Both the position numbers and the translations under genes were made by a program. Under the pieces are notes generated by a model. That model worked only from the letters and a program-made list of their open reading frames with translations, did no database searches and had not been told where the DNA came from. From Eledone cirrhosa (taxonomy: Eukaryota): DNA of 64,000 bases. Positions within the stretch are counted from its first letter, which is position 1. Every line of letters starts with the position of its first letter. The stretch lies in the NCBI GenBank assembly GCA_964016885.1, contig OZ024765.1:15686001-15750000 (forward strand), given 5' to 3'. Shown piece by piece: positions 25,845 to 42,807 of the stretch.

Positions 25845-25980
25845 TAGGTTCGTTGGTTCACCCCTGGATAGAATTGGTCATTCCGTATGGTAAACCTTGG
25901 TGTGATATTGTGGAGAGTACTCAACGTAGTGCAGTTCACCCGTCTCTGTTTGTGTAGTTACACCAGTCCAGGCTCCTGTT

Positions 25981-26028
<48 letters not shown>

Positions 26029-26035
26029 GCTTGTG

Positions 26036-26066
<31 letters not shown>

Positions 26067-26121
26067 ACAGACACACACGCGCATACATATATATTTCTCG
26101 CCCTAGCACAGATGATGCATT

Positions 26122-26168
<47 letters not shown>

Positions 26169-26209
26169 GTCTGTGTGTGTGTTTATAGAGAGAAAGGAAT
26201 GTTGGCAAA

Positions 26210-26282
<73 letters not shown>

Positions 26283-26469
26283 CACTTACATACATGCAAT
26301 AATGCATGTATGTAAGTGTGTGTGTATACATATATATATATACACTTACATACATGCATTATTGCATGTATGTATATATATCCATATCTACATGCTCTAA
26401 TACTGGTGGAGATATGTACGTTACCTAATAAAATAACACAACTCACCTTACAAAGCAATAACGGAGACA

Positions 26470-27680
26470 GCACATACAACAACAGCTACAACAACAACAG
26501 CTACAGCAACAACAGTTACAGCAACAACAACACCTACAACAACAACAGCTGCAACAACAACAACAGTTACAACAACAACAACACCTACAGCAACAACAGC
26601 TACAACAACAACAACACCTACAACAACAACAGTTACAACAACAACAACACCTACAACAATAACACCTACAACAACAACAACAGCTACAACTACAACAACA
26701 GCTACAACAACAACAACATCTACAACAACAACAGCTACAACAACAACAGTTACAACAACAACAGTTGCAACAACAACAACACCTACAACAACAATAGCTA
26801 CAACAACAACAACAGCTACAACTACAACACCAGCTACAACAACAAAACCTACAACAACAATGGCTACAACAACAACAGCTACAACAACAACAACAGCCAC
26901 AACAACAACAGCTACAACAACAACAGCTTCAACGACAACAACACCTACAACAACAACAGCTACAACAACAACAACAACAGCTACAACTACAATAACAGCT
27001 ACAACAACAACAACACCTACAACAACAACAGCTACAACAACAACAACATCTACAACAACAACAGCTACAACAACAACACCACCACCACTACCACCAACAA
27101 GGCCACCAACAGCACCACCACCAACACAACCACCATCGACACCACCTCCAATAACACCTCCACCACCACCACCTTCACCACCGCCAACATCACCACCAAC
27201 ACCACCAACACCACCTCCATACCACCAACACCAACTCCACACCACCAACGCCACGCCCTTCAGCACCACCAACACCACCACCAACACCGCAACCAACACT
27301 ACCACCTCCACCACGATCAACATCTCTACCACTAACAACACCACCACCAACGCCACCAACACTACCACTACCGACACCACCAATAACACCACTTCCACAC
27401 CACCACCACATTCAGCACCACCAAAACCACCAGCACCACTACCAACACCACCACCAGCGCCACAACCAACACCACCACCACCAACACAACCACCTCAATC
27501 ACCACCACCTCCACCACCACTACCAACACCACCACCAACACCACCATCTCCACCACTACCACCACTACCAACACAGCCATTAACACCACCACCAACACCA
27601 CCACGTCCACCACCACTACCAACACCACCATCAACGCCACCTCCACACCACCAATACCACCACATTCAGCACACCACCAA
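26470..27680. repeat. (AAC)n-based minisatellite grading into (ACC)n
   Basis: Units such as tacaacaacaacagc / tacaacaacaacaacacc. Confidence 0.92.
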
Positions 27681-27700
27681 CGTAGAAACATTATATATAT

Positions 27701-28082
27701 ATGGTGGACTGGCAGTGCCGGTAGAGAGTCGGACACCATGCTTTGAAGCATAGAGTTACGTCCCTTTATGATCTGAGTTCAAACCCCGCCGAGGTTAACT
27801 TTGCCTTTCATTCTTACGGGGTCGATAAAATAAAGTACCAGTAATACACTGGATAATTGCTGGCCTTGTGCCAAAAGTAGAAACATATATAAATGGTGGA
27901 CTGGCAGTGCCGGTAGAGAGTCGGACACCATGCTTTGAAGCATAGAGTTACGTCCCTTTACGATCTGAGTTCAAATCCCGCAGAAGTTTACTTTGCCTTT
28001 CATCCTTACGGGGTCGATAAAATAAAGTACCAGTAATGTACTGAGTATTTACTGGCCTTGTGCCAAAGGTAGAAACAATTAT
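27701..28082 (+). mobile_element. SINE family 1 head-to-tail dimer
   Basis: Two near-identical copies at 27701-27885 and 27893-28082. Confidence 0.92.
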
Positions 28083-28239
28083 ATATAACACCACCACCAG
28101 CACCACCCCAGCAACAACAACAGCAACTCCACAAAATCAGCTACACCATCACCATCACTACTACAACAACCCGTCCATTCACTTTAACAACAACGCCATC
28201 GCACAGCAACATCAGCAACAACAATAACAACAACAATAG

Positions 28240-31200
28240 AAAGAGCTTCGCAACAAAACCAGAAATACAATGTATGTCACTATGTATCTCATTGAAAAAT
28301 ATCCCCACACAGCCAACATCACCACCACCAACACCTCCACCACCAACACCACCACCAGCAACACCACCATCACCAATACTAGCACAGCAATAACAAACAC
28401 GACAGCCATAATTAAAATGGAAACATCAAGTAATAACAACAACAACAGCAACAGCAATTGCCTTACAACAGGACTAGAAATACAACTTCACTCACTCTAT
28501 ATCTCACGGCAATTCTCGTATATGATAAAAAATATATCTACACAGCTAACAATACCAGTAACACCACCACAACAACAACAAACACAACAACAACAATAGC
28601 AACAGCAAAACAGAACAATGTCAACATCAACAACAACAACAAAAGCTACACAACATGACATGAACGCTAGCGTATCTCACTTCGTATCTGAGACCCATTC
28701 TCGTATATGACAAAAATATATCTACACAGCTAACAATACCAGCAACACCACAACAACAACAACAAACACAACAACAACAATAGCAACAGCAAAACAGAAC
28801 AATGACATCAACAACAACAACAACAACACAAGCTACACAACATGACATGAACGCTAGCGTATCTCACTTCGTATCTGAGACCCATTCTGTTATATGACAA
28901 AAAATATATCTACACAGCTAACAATACCAGCAACACCACCACAACAACAACAAACACAACAACAACAATAGCAACAGCAAAAAAGAACAATGACACCAAC
29001 AAGAGCTACACAACATGACATGAACGCTAGCGTCTCTCACTTCGTATCTGAGAACCCATTCTGTTATATGCCAAAAATATATCTACACAGCTAACACTAC
29101 CACAAACACTACAACAACTACAACCCCACCACACAACAACATCAGCAACAACAATACCAAGATCAATGACAAAATCAATATAAAAAACAACAACAACAAC
29201 AGCATCACAACATGACAAGAACGCCGTATCTCACTTCGTATCTAACGACAATTCTCATATATGACAAAAATATATCTATACAGTCAAAACTACCAACACC
29301 ACCATCACCACAACAACAACAGCAATCCCTCCACCACCAACACAACTACCACAACAACACCTCCATCTACATCCTCCTCCACGCCACCCAACGACAATAA
29401 CAGTAAGAACCTCGCAGCAGGAACTGCAAAACAATGCATGTCACTCTGCTTCTCACTGAAAAACTATCCTCACACAATCTACACCACTAACACCAGTACC
29501 ACTACCACCAATACTACCACAACAACTACAACAACCATACATACAATGACAACATCATCAACTACAACAACAACAACAGCAGCAGCAACAACAAGTGCCT
29601 AACAACAGAACAAGAACGACAATTTCGCTCACTCTATATTTAACGGCAATTCTCATATAGGGCAAACATATATCTACACACCGGTGGCACCACTAACTCC
29701 AACACCACCACCACAACAACAACAACAAACACAACAACAACAGTAACAACAACAGTAACAGCAACAACAAGAGATACATGACAACAACAACGACAACAAC
29801 AACAATAACAACAAATGCTACACAACATGACTTGAACGCCAACGTATCTCACTTCGTATGTGAGAGCAATTCTGTTATATGACACAAATACACACCGCGC
29901 AGTCAACACCACCACCACCAACAACAACAGCAACCCTACCACACAGTCAACACCACCACCAGCAACACCTTAACAACAACAACAACAACAACAGCAACCC
30001 CATCATACAGTCAACATCACGAACAACAACAGCCACAAACACAAGAACAACAACAACAACGACAACAACAACAACAACAGCAACCCCACCACACAGTCAA
30101 CATCACGAACGACAACAGCCACAAACACATGAACAACAATAACAACAACAACAATAACAACAACAACAGGAACAATAACAGCAACAGCAACAAGAGCTCC
30201 ACATCATGACATAAACTCCAACATCCCTCATTTCGTATCTCTGAGAAATTCTCATATATGACAAAATATATCTACACAGTCAACACTGCCACCAACACCA
30301 CAACAACTACTACAACAACAATGACAACAACAGAAAGAACACTAACAATAACAACAACAATAACAACAAGAGCTACACAACATGAGAAGAACGCCAACAT
30401 CCCTCATTTCGTATCTATGTGGAATTCTCATATATGACAAAAATATATCTACACAGTCAACACTGCCACCAACAGCACAACAACTACTACAACAACAATG
30501 ACAACAACAGAAAGAACAGTAACAATAACAACAACAATAACAACAACAGAAAGAACAGTAACAATAACAACAACAATAACAACAACAATAACAACAAGAC
30601 CTACACAACATTAGAAGAACGCCAACATCCCTCATTTCGTATCTATGTGGAATTCTCATATATGACAAAAATATATCTACACAGTCAACACAGCCACCAA
30701 CAGCACAACAACTACTACAACAACAATGACAACAACAGAAAGAACAGTAACAGTAACAACAACAATAACAACAAGAGCTACACAACATGAGAAGAACGCC
30801 AACGTCTCCCTCTTCGTATCTATGTGGAATTCTCATATATGACAAAAATATATCTACACAGTCAACAAAACCACCAACAGCACAACAACTACAACAAACA
30901 AAGACAAGAACAACACTGACAAAAACAAAAAGAGCAATAACCACAACAACAACAACAACAACAACAACAACAGGAGCAACAACAACATGACATGGACGCC
31001 AACATCTCTCACTTATCAATGAGCAATTCTCATATATGACAAAAATATAACTGCACAGTCTACACAACTAACCCCACCACCACCACTACCAACAACAACA
31101 ACAAATATAAGAAGAAGAAGAAGAAGAACAACAACAACAACAAACAATGATGACAACATCAACAACAATAACAACATCAAAAACAATACCAACAAGAGTT

Positions 31201-31480
31201 ACACAACATGACAAGAACGACAACTTCACTGAATCTATATCTAACGGCAATTCTTATATATAACAAAAACAGTTGACACCACCACTGACACAAGAAACAC
31301 AAGACAACAATAACAACTACAACAACAGCAGTAACAACAACAACAACAACAACTGTAACAACAACAACAACAGCAGTAACAAAAACAACAGCATCACAAC
31401 AAGGCAAGAAAGAGAATGCCACATGCACCGCTCCTAACAGCAACAGTAATTCGGATATATCACAAATACCTATTCAGACA
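28240..31480. repeat. Complex satellite: ~90 bp core separated by variable (CAA)n spacers, about 15 units
   Basis: Core gagctacacaacatgacatgaacgccaac.tatctcacttcgtatct...aattctcatatatgacaaaaatatatctacacag recurs at ~28645, 28830, 29005, 29205, 29815, 30195, 30370, 30600, 30775, 30985, 31200 and others. Confidence 0.88.
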
Positions 31481-32053
31481 GCCAGCACTACCGCCAACAC
31501 TACCATTAACGACACCACGACAACCACCAACACAACCACCAGCACCACCAACACAACCAACAGCACCACCAATACAACCACCACCAGCACGACCACCACC
31601 AGCACAACCACTACGACCACTAACACTACCACCAACAACACCACCACAACCTACACTACCACCACCACCACCATCATAACCACCACTACGACCACTAACA
31701 CTAACACCAACAACACCACTTCCACCACCAACACGACCACCAACAACAACAACACTACGACCACTAACACTACCACCAACAACACCACTACGACCACTAA
31801 CACTACCACCACCAACAACACCACTACGACCACTAACACTACCAACAACAACAACACTACGACCACTAACACGACCACTAACAACACCACCACAACCAAC
31901 ACTACCACCAGCACCAACAACAACACCACCATCACCTACAACAAAAACAATAACAACATCACCATCAACAACAACAACAACACCAACAACAACACCAACA
32001 CCACCACCACCACCAACAACAACAACACCAACAACAACAGTGCCACCACCAAC

Positions 32054-32085
<32 letters not shown>

Positions 32086-32344
32086 CAACACTAACAACAA
32101 CAACAAGAACTTCACAACAGGACAGAAATCACAACATTTCCAGCAAGACATCACATCTATTTCCAGAAATGATATAAACTATTCTATTAAGTTCTCCTCG
32201 AAAAGAGAAGCAAAAGTAATTATTATGTGAAGTAATGGAGGCGGGAAAAAGACAGAGCGTTAAGAAACGAACAATTTTTTTTATTATAAGAGATTTATGT
32301 TTTATTTCTGTCGCTCATGTCTTCTTTATTTCTATTGACCTTTG

Positions 32345-32428
<84 letters not shown>

Positions 32429-32598
32429 AATATGTGACTAAATATTTCTCTGCCTCTCTTTCTCTCTCTGTGTTTATACATATTGAAATATATATATATA
32501 TATAAGTAATTTATAAATATATATATATATTTTATATCTATATATATGTATGTATATGCGTATATGTATATACATATATATATATCTGTATATATATA

Positions 32599-32746
<148 letters not shown>

Positions 32747-32788
32747 CGTATATAAATGTCTGAATATATATCTCTATCTATCTATGTA

Positions 32789-32825
<37 letters not shown>

Positions 32826-32851
32826 CTTTCTCTCTATATATATATGTATAT

Positions 32852-32916
<65 letters not shown>

Positions 32917-33006
32917 ATCTCCTTACGTCAGTTATCCAGTTATAAAGCAAACAACCCAGAGAAAGAAATATATTATAACACTTAATGGAAAATGTATGTA
33001 TTTCTG

Positions 33007-33055
<49 letters not shown>

Positions 33056-33070
33056 TTGTGTGTATATGTG

Positions 33071-33102
<32 letters not shown>

Positions 33103-33194
33103 CATACATACTGACATATGGATATATAAATCTATATATATATATCTGTCCATATATATTCATATATATATATATTTATATACACATATATATA

Positions 33195-33265
<71 letters not shown>

Positions 33266-33268
33266 ACC

Positions 33269-33303
<35 letters not shown>

Positions 33304-33388
33304 CATACTTACATACATATATATTCATACACACACAGGAAGATTGAGAAAATGGCGGAAGGAGAAGTCTCACACACATACTCACAGC

Positions 33389-33431
<43 letters not shown>

Positions 33432-33670
33432 ACACACACACACACACTCACTTATGTCTGCTTATCCATTCAAACGGCGGGAAATAGCGCCGCGCGTGAC
33501 CTCCTGCCAAAATGGTCGTTAACAGAAGTGTTTATAGCTTCGTAGCGGTTCTAACGTCCACAGCTCATAGCCTAGCCTGTGGTAGCACACACATACACAC
33601 ACACACACACACACACAAAGAGACACATACATACATACACATACACATATACACACACATAGATATTCAC

Positions 33671-33703
<33 letters not shown>

Positions 33704-34346
33704 TTGTGAGTGAGAGAGAGAGAGAGGGATTGGGGGGGGGGTGATAGAGAGAAAAAGACTAGCACACTGGCAAACAGACACACACATATACACACAACAG
33801 ACTGACACACTGGCATACACACACACAGACTGACACACAGATATACACACACATACACATACACTGGTACACACATATACACACATACACACACACTGGC
33901 ACACACACATACACACACATATACACACAACACACTGTCACACTGGCACACACCCACTGGCACATACACACACTGGCACACATATACACACACACACACT
34001 GGCACACACATACACACACTCACACACACTGACACACATATACACACAACACACTGTCACACACACACTGACACACCACGTAAACAGACACACTTACACA
34101 CTTATTTTCTCTATCTTTATCTTTCTCTCTCACTCTCTCTCATTATATATATATCTCTCCTCTCTCTCTCTCTCATTCTCTATATTTCTCTCCCTCTTCT
34201 GTCACTCTCTATCAATCTTTCTCCCACTCTCCTCTCTCATTCTCTCTCTCTCTCATTTTCCTTTCTCTCTCTTTCATTCTCTATATTTCTCTCTCTCTCC
34301 CATTCTCATTCTCTCTTTCTCATTCTCTCTCTATCATTCTCTCTCC

Positions 34347-34392
<46 letters not shown>

Positions 34393-35280
34393 CTCTATAT
34401 TTCTCTCTCTCTCCCATTCTCATTCTCTCTTTCTCATTCTCATTCTCTCTATCTCATTCTCATTCTCTCTATCTCATTCTCATTCTCTCTCTCTCATTCT
34501 CTCTCCCATTCTCATTCTCTCTCTCTCTCATTCTCTATTTTTATCTCTCTCTCCTCTCTCATTCTCTAACTGACTCTCTCTCTCTCTACCATTCTCTCTC
34601 CCTATCTCATTCTCTACCATTCTCTTTCTCTCTCATTCTCATTCTCTCTCTCATTCTCTAACTTTCCCTCTCTTCTCTCATTCTCTATTTCTCTCTATCT
34701 CTCTCTCGCCTTTCTCATTCTCCACATTTTTCTCTCTATCTCTCATTCTCTTATCTTTCTCCCTCTCTCACCTTCTTCTCCCACCCCTCTCACACACACC
34801 ATGTCCCTTCCTATCACTATCTCTATGTGTGGCCATGTCTTTATGTAGTACTGTTCCTTAACACTTTGAAATGACTAAGTCATCACGATTTTCGTCGTTG
34901 AGGTGGTGGAATTGTGGCGGTTTAAATGTTGCGTTTCCGTAAATATCTCTGATAAATTGACAAAGATCAAAATAGCAATGGCCGCTTTGATATCCCATCT
35001 TCTAATTCCCTTTACTCTTTCTAAATGTCTATATATCTTCGTCTGTGTGTCTGTGTATGTGTCTATGTGTGTGTCTGTGCGTTTGTGTGTGTGTGTCTGT
35101 GCGCGTGTGTGTGTGTATGTGTGCGTGTGCATAACTCTTTGTCTCTTTCTCCTTTCTCTATCTCTCTCGTCTTTTTTCCTTTACCCTTTTCTACACTCAT
35201 ACAGACACACACACCAAAAACACATACACACACATACACACTCTCACGCTTTATCCCACACCTATTCACGCACATATACA

Positions 35281-35321
<41 letters not shown>

Positions 35322-35627
35322 ATATATATATATGTTTTATATATATATATATATAAAACACTCCCCTCTTACACACAACACAAAAATCTATATATATTAT
35401 ATGCATTGATGCAATTATATATATGTATATATGAATATATATATATATATATGCGTGTGTGTTTATATATGTATATATATATATATACATTTATATATTT
35501 ATATATATGTATACATATAAACTTATATATACGTGTTTATTAGAATAAAACCCTTCTAAATATATAAAAGGCATTTCTATATTAAACATTATATATATAC
35601 CTATGTATATATCAATAATTATATATA

Positions 35628-35754
<127 letters not shown>

Positions 35755-35757
35755 GTA

Positions 35758-35817
<60 letters not shown>

Positions 35818-35831
35818 TATATGTATATGTA

Positions 35832-36227
<396 letters not shown>

Positions 36228-36344
36228 TATATATATATATATATATATATACAGATATATATATATATATATATAGTATTATAGTTATATATATTTAAAC
36301 CCTAAACAGTGAAAGACAGTAATTTATTACTACCGTATTACCAG

Positions 36345-36375
<31 letters not shown>

Positions 36376-36468
36376 TAAAATAACAATTAAAATAAATTAA
36401 AATATTTGCTCTACGGGTCTCATATATTTGATATATATTTATACTTACTATATATATATATATATATA

Positions 36469-36666
36469 TAACGAAGGAAATGTGGTAAGGAACCAGGTGG
36501 ACCATAACGCACCAAAGTACTCAATACTTGAGGTAGTAGAGTGGGTAATAGGAACCAGTAAGACCCCGACAGCTGAGCTCAAGCCGTTTGGACGGCTAAT
36601 TCTGGACGCGTCCCGAATTAGCCGTCGAAACGGCTTGAGCTCAGCTGTCGGGGTCTTACTGGTTCC

Positions 36667-36668
<2 letters not shown>
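36469..36668. mobile_element. Family A fold-back mini-element
   Basis: Arms meet at ctggac-gc-gtcc. Short arm ends ggttccTA. Confidence 0.88.
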
Positions 36669-36699
<31 letters not shown>

Positions 36700-36714
36700 A
36701 TATCTATCTACCTA

Positions 36715-36757
<43 letters not shown>

Positions 36758-36827
36758 ATCTATCTATCTATCTATCTTTCTATCTATCTATCTATCTCTC
36801 TATATATATGTGTGTGTGTGTGTGTGT

Positions 36828-37065
36828 GTAAGTATGTTTTGAAACAGTGAGCAGGTTTGAAGTTAGAAAATATAATAGCTTTCACCATATTTTTTACTAA
36901 AAAGATTTTTGTCAGATAATGGGGTTTAGAACGCTCACATTAATGGAAAAAGATGAGTATTGACGTACATGTACGTCAATACTCATCTTTTTCCATTTAT
37001 CTGAGGGTTCTACACCCCATTATCAGACTAGATTTACTTTAGTAAAAAAAATACGGTGAAAGCTA
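36828..37065. mobile_element. Family E fold-back element (no HHR), second copy at 51197-51422
   Basis: agctttcaccatatttttt...gagtattgacgtac | gtacgtcaatactc...ggtgaaagc-(TA)n with a ~50 nt tail. Confidence 0.8.
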
Positions 37066-37480
37066 TATATATATATATATATATATAGATAAATCTACCA
37101 AAAGTTTACGGTAGTGTCCAATCCGTATGAAGAACTCAATGTAATCCGGATATCATGAAAAGAGAAGATGCATTCAAAAACTATTTTCGGTGAAAAATAA
37201 ACGGAGAACAGAGTCTAGATAAATTATATTACTATCTTGACCCTCACTATCTCTCTATTGGTCAATTCAAAACCTGTTCCCAAACAGACCTATTGTATTG
37301 AATCTTTGTTTTTTTCAATAAACAAATATCATTATTTCTGAAGACAGCATATATATGTGTAGGTATGTATATTCCCTCTGATAGTTTGTATAATTATTGT
37401 ACATGGATCTATAGAATATGCATACCAGCTCTAACACATATATATCCTAGAAACGATCGTAAAATGATGAATTTTTTTTA

Positions 37481-37520
37481 ATATAATGAACTGTTTCTTT
37501 GTTTATTCATTGTTTTATTA

Positions 37521-37598
<78 letters not shown>

Positions 37599-37736
37599 TA
37601 ATAAAACAATGAATAAACAAAGAAACAGTTCATTATATATACCTATGTATGTGTATATGTTTGTATATGTATATATATATATATGTGGTCTTAGCTATGG
37701 GTTATTTTTAATATGCAAATAAAAATTAATTTTTAC

Positions 37737-37776
<40 letters not shown>

Positions 37777-37876
37777 GTAAAAATTAATTTTTATTTGCAT
37801 ATTAAAAATAACCCATAGCTAAGACCACATATATATATATATACATATACAAACATATACACATACATAGGTATAT
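37481..37876. repeat. Two adjacent perfect (TA)n-centred palindromes (arms ~44 bp and ~97 bp)
   Basis: 37481-37638 and 37637-37876. Arms are exact reverse complements by eye. Confidence 0.92.
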
Positions 37877-37984
37877 AGATACTTAAATACATAGGTACAT
37901 GCAAATAGTTATATATTATATACTTATATACATACATATACAAACATATTTACTTATATATATACATACATATTGATTTATATA

Positions 37985-38046
<62 letters not shown>

Positions 38047-38226
38047 CAGTATTCGTGTCCGGTCTATAAGGATGCGTGTTGTCTGTAGAAGTGTGAGTCT
38101 GCCAAAATGTAATAGACAATGACATTGAAAACCTGTTTCCTTCATCTTCTCGTCATCACGTGATTGACCGTATCTATTGCAAATCACAGCACGTCCATAG
38201 AAATATACAGACAGGCGGATACATAT

Positions 38227-38318
<92 letters not shown>

Positions 38319-38433
38319 GTATATATATGTATATGTATGAAAATACATGTAATATCTATCATATTACATACGTGTATATATATATAACATAAATCATATT
38401 CTATTAGTATATATAAAAAATATATATACATAG

Positions 38434-38475
<42 letters not shown>

Positions 38476-38949
38476 GAGTGTGTGTAAGTAATTCCGAAGA
38501 AAAACGAAAGAAATAAGAGTGCTCTATGTATCATATATACGTATAATCGAAGAAGTTGATAAAAGAGAAGCACGCCGTTAAGATACACTTACACATGTTT
38601 CACCAAAGGCGGCTTATATATATATATATATATATATACATATATACAAATATAAATTAGCGAGAATCGTATTTCGGCGATTGGAAATTAGCGAAAAACA
38701 ACTTCCGAGATGTGTGGCAAACGCTCAATAGATTCTAACGAACCAGAACTACAACATACGTTAAAAGGCCAAACACACTGAGACGATGGTTAAACCGCCA
38801 TCCGCAAAGCCATATAAACGACCAAGTAATTCGGGTCAAACAAATAAAAAAATGTGTTTGAAAAATTTACCCGGACCCCTGGGCGGTTGGTAAAAATCCA
38901 GCATTTGGGTTTCTGCGACTCCTAAATCAAGTACTGTTCGCTTAGACAA

Positions 38950-39140
38950 ATAATTGTTTCTACTATTGGCACAATGCCAGCAATAATCCAGTACGTTACT
39001 GGTACTTTATTTTATCGACCCCGTAAGGATGAAGGGCAAATTTAACCTCGGCGGGATTTGAACTCAGAATGGCAAGGGCCGTAACTCTATGCGTCAAGTC
39101 ATGGTGTCCGACCCTCTACCGATACTGCCAATTCACCGCC
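38950..39140 (-). mobile_element. SINE family 1 with TSD
   Basis: Consensus match. Flanking direct repeat cgcttagacaaataat at ~38939 and ~39153. Confidence 0.9.
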
Positions 39141-39290
39141 TTTTCACCTTGTCCGCTTAGACAAATAATGTTAGACAAATAATGTTAGGCTTCTGGTATG
39201 ATGATTGAACAAGGAAGTTACATTCTCAACAGGCTTTTAGTTCAAATGCCAGGCCAAGGATTGACTGTTACCAATACCCACGTGGGGCTC

Positions 39291-39359
<69 letters not shown>

Positions 39360-39463
39360 GGATAGTAAGTGTGAGAAAAGATTTAAACAAATTAAGCGTT
39401 AAAATATCACTTAAAGATCAGTTATGAATCCTACAATTGTGATTTAATGAGATATATATATCA

Positions 39464-39545
<82 letters not shown>

Positions 39546-39550
39546 ATATA

Positions 39551-39602
<52 letters not shown>

Positions 39603-39931
39603 CACTCACACACACTCACACATATATATATATACACACATATATATATATATGCAAGTATGAACATATTACTATGTATGTGTGTGTGTGTGTATGTATA
39701 TATGTATCCGTCTGTGTCTGTATATGCATGTGTATATGTACTTATACTTGCATTTGTATGTATATATAATATATTTTACATTCACACATCTATCACCATT
39801 GAATTCAATATGTCAATATAAACATGGATAATCTGCCATCAAATATTATACTGAAGCATGTATATATATATGTTTATATATATGTGTGTGTGTGTGTGTT
39901 TATATATATATATATTTGTATATATACACAC

Positions 39932-39967
<36 letters not shown>

Positions 39968-40025
39968 TTATTTATATTCATATAAATATATATAAATATA
40001 CATATATGTATATATATTTATATAA

Positions 40026-40105
<80 letters not shown>

Positions 40106-40276
40106 ACACACAAATATATATATATATGTATATATATACATAAACACACACACACATATATATAAACATATATATTCATGTGCGGTGAAAACCTACTGCA
40201 TTCATATATACATGCACATATAAATGCATGTATACAGAGACCTTCTATATATATATATATATATATATAACGTTGT

Positions 40277-40327
<51 letters not shown>

Positions 40328-40334
40328 GTATATG

Positions 40335-40381
<47 letters not shown>

Positions 40382-40641
40382 CATAAATACGATGGACGCC
40401 ATATTGCCCATTAGACATCAATGGTTGGCTTTTTCAGCGTTCACACAAAATACAGTTTATGAAACAATTCGTTCTGGATCGTAAAATCCGTATTTCTTTC
40501 GTTTCAGCTGTTACCCTCCTTCTTCTTCTGTATAATATGATGAGAAGAACAGAAAGATCTAAGGTATTTATTATTTTACTGTATTATTTTACAATGATCT
40601 GATCCGCCATGTTAGTTTTATAATCCTTAATCTCTTTAACA

Positions 40642-40935
40642 AATAATTGGTTCTACTTTTGGCACAAGGCCAGCAATTATCCAGTGCATTACTGGACCCC
40701 ATAAGGATGACCCCATAAGGATGACAGGCAAAGTTAACCTCGGCGGGATTTGAACTCAGAATAGCAAGGGGCGAATATCTATGCGTCAAAGCATGGCGTC
40801 CGACCCTCTACCGATACTGCCAATCAAATAACTGTTTCTACTTTTGGCACAAGGCCATCAATTAGCCAGTGCATTACTGGTACTTTATTTTATCGACCCC
40901 CTAAGGATGAAAGGCAAAGTTAATCTCGGCGGGAT
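40642..40935 (-). mobile_element. SINE family 1, one full and one partial copy in tandem
   Basis: 40642-40826 (internal gaccccataaggat duplication) and 40828-40935. Confidence 0.88.
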
Positions 40936-41544
40936 ATAATGGGGCTCAGTCTTGTGGTTAGTTTGATGGGATTCCCGATCACAATATCGGGTGTCGACTC
41001 CTGGACCGGGCTCTACGTTATGTTCTTGCGTAAAACATGTCCTTTCTTAAATGAAAAAAGAGTGTTGTCTCTTATCAATATGAAGCGAGTGCATATTTGA
41101 AGACATATAAAAATGAGAAAATTCACCGCTAGAACAGCCGTTAAGACAGCTAAATGCTGTCAGAGACAGCGATGGGCAAAAATGCCTTAGAGGATAGAAT
41201 GCAGCGGCTAGTGGTCGTCAAAGAGACAATACCCAAGCTGGGTGGATGGCAGATGAAATATAGAAAATATTCAAAATGGAGGAGGAGAAGTGGGCTGGCG
41301 CATAGAAGAGACTGGAAAATGCTCCAGTCCATTTATCTGAAGGTGAATGTCAGCTGCAGCCGTAGTTGCAAGGAGTTAACTGTCCCGTGGACTGCTGTCC
41401 GAACAAGGGTAGAGATCGCTCCAATGAATCACTTAACGCGGGAAGAAACTCTCGCTTAATGTGCCTAGGGGCTTGCGGCAGTCATTAACATTTGTTTTTA
41501 TGTTAAACATAGGACAGAACAAAGGAGAGGCTCAAAACAAAGAA

Positions 41545-41752
41545 AATAATCGCCAGTCATTGAAGAGGTCACAGAATGTGTGACGAAAGAACTTTGACAA
41601 TATATGAACAGCCGTCCGGTTGTGGAACAAACCAACCACCGGAAATTTATAAATTCTTAAATTTATAAATTTAATACATAATAAAATGGAGAGAAACCAC
41701 CTGGTGCGTGTGTTTCTTATTGGCAACTTGACCCACCCAAAGTATAACAATG
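41545..41752 (+). mobile_element. Family G element with mutated HHR-like core (TTGAAGA)
   Basis: Homologous to 9325-9512. Confidence 0.7.
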
Positions 41753-41833
41753 TATATATATATATATTATATATATAACGTATATATATATATATATGTA
41801 TGTACGTATATATATAGAGAGATATATAATGTC

Positions 41834-41879
<46 letters not shown>

Positions 41880-42296
41880 TGTGTCTATATATGATATATA
41901 TTATATGATATGATATATATATATGTATATATATATATATGTATACATATATATATATGTATACATTTATATATATATGTATACATATATATATATATAT
42001 ATGTGTATACATATATATGTATATATATATGTATACATATATATATAAATGTATACATATATATATATGTATACATTTATATATATATTTATACATTTAT
42101 ATATATATGTATACATATATATATATATATATATATATGTGTATACATATATATGTATATATATATATGTATACATATATATATAAATGTATACATATAT
42201 ATATATGTATACATATATATATAAATGTATACATATATGCATACATATATATGTATACATATATGTATACATATATGTATACATATATGTATACAC

Positions 42297-42327
<31 letters not shown>

Positions 42328-42358
42328 TACATATATATATATATATATAGATATATAT

Positions 42359-42397
<39 letters not shown>

Positions 42398-42621
42398 GAT
42401 AGATATAGATATAGATATATAGGTAAATAGATAAACGTTCGGCTTGATATTATGGCGTCGGAAGAATGTGATTCACATTATTTCCGTCAGAGAATGCCGG
42501 GATATTTCCAAGTCTCCATTTTAGAAGGACGCCGCATGCGGTGAGGGTGCTCGCATAACTATAGAAAATGTTGTAAAATCTCCCAAGGCCAAGCAATATA
42601 TACATATATACAAATATATAC

Positions 42622-42655
<34 letters not shown>

Positions 42656-42699
42656 GTCTATGTATATGAAAAATAAAGACCTACAGATCGTAAATATAA

Positions 42700-42807
<108 letters not shown>

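Noticed and set aside
26316-27753. 339 aa Asn-rich and 297 aa Thr/Pro-rich mucin-like ORFs
   Set aside because: Several frames on both strands are open because of the (AAC)n/(ACC)n repeat; no splice or domain support.
28240-31480. CRISPR-like repeat/spacer pattern
   Set aside because: Spacers are CAA microsatellite, cores are long and degenerate, and the context is eukaryotic.
36995-37065. CTGAGGG...GAAA in family E as an HHR
   Set aside because: Core mismatch and no coherent stems II or III.
41154-41459. 101 aa non-repetitive ORF
   Set aside because: No recognisable motif; probably decayed TE sequence and cannot be supported.
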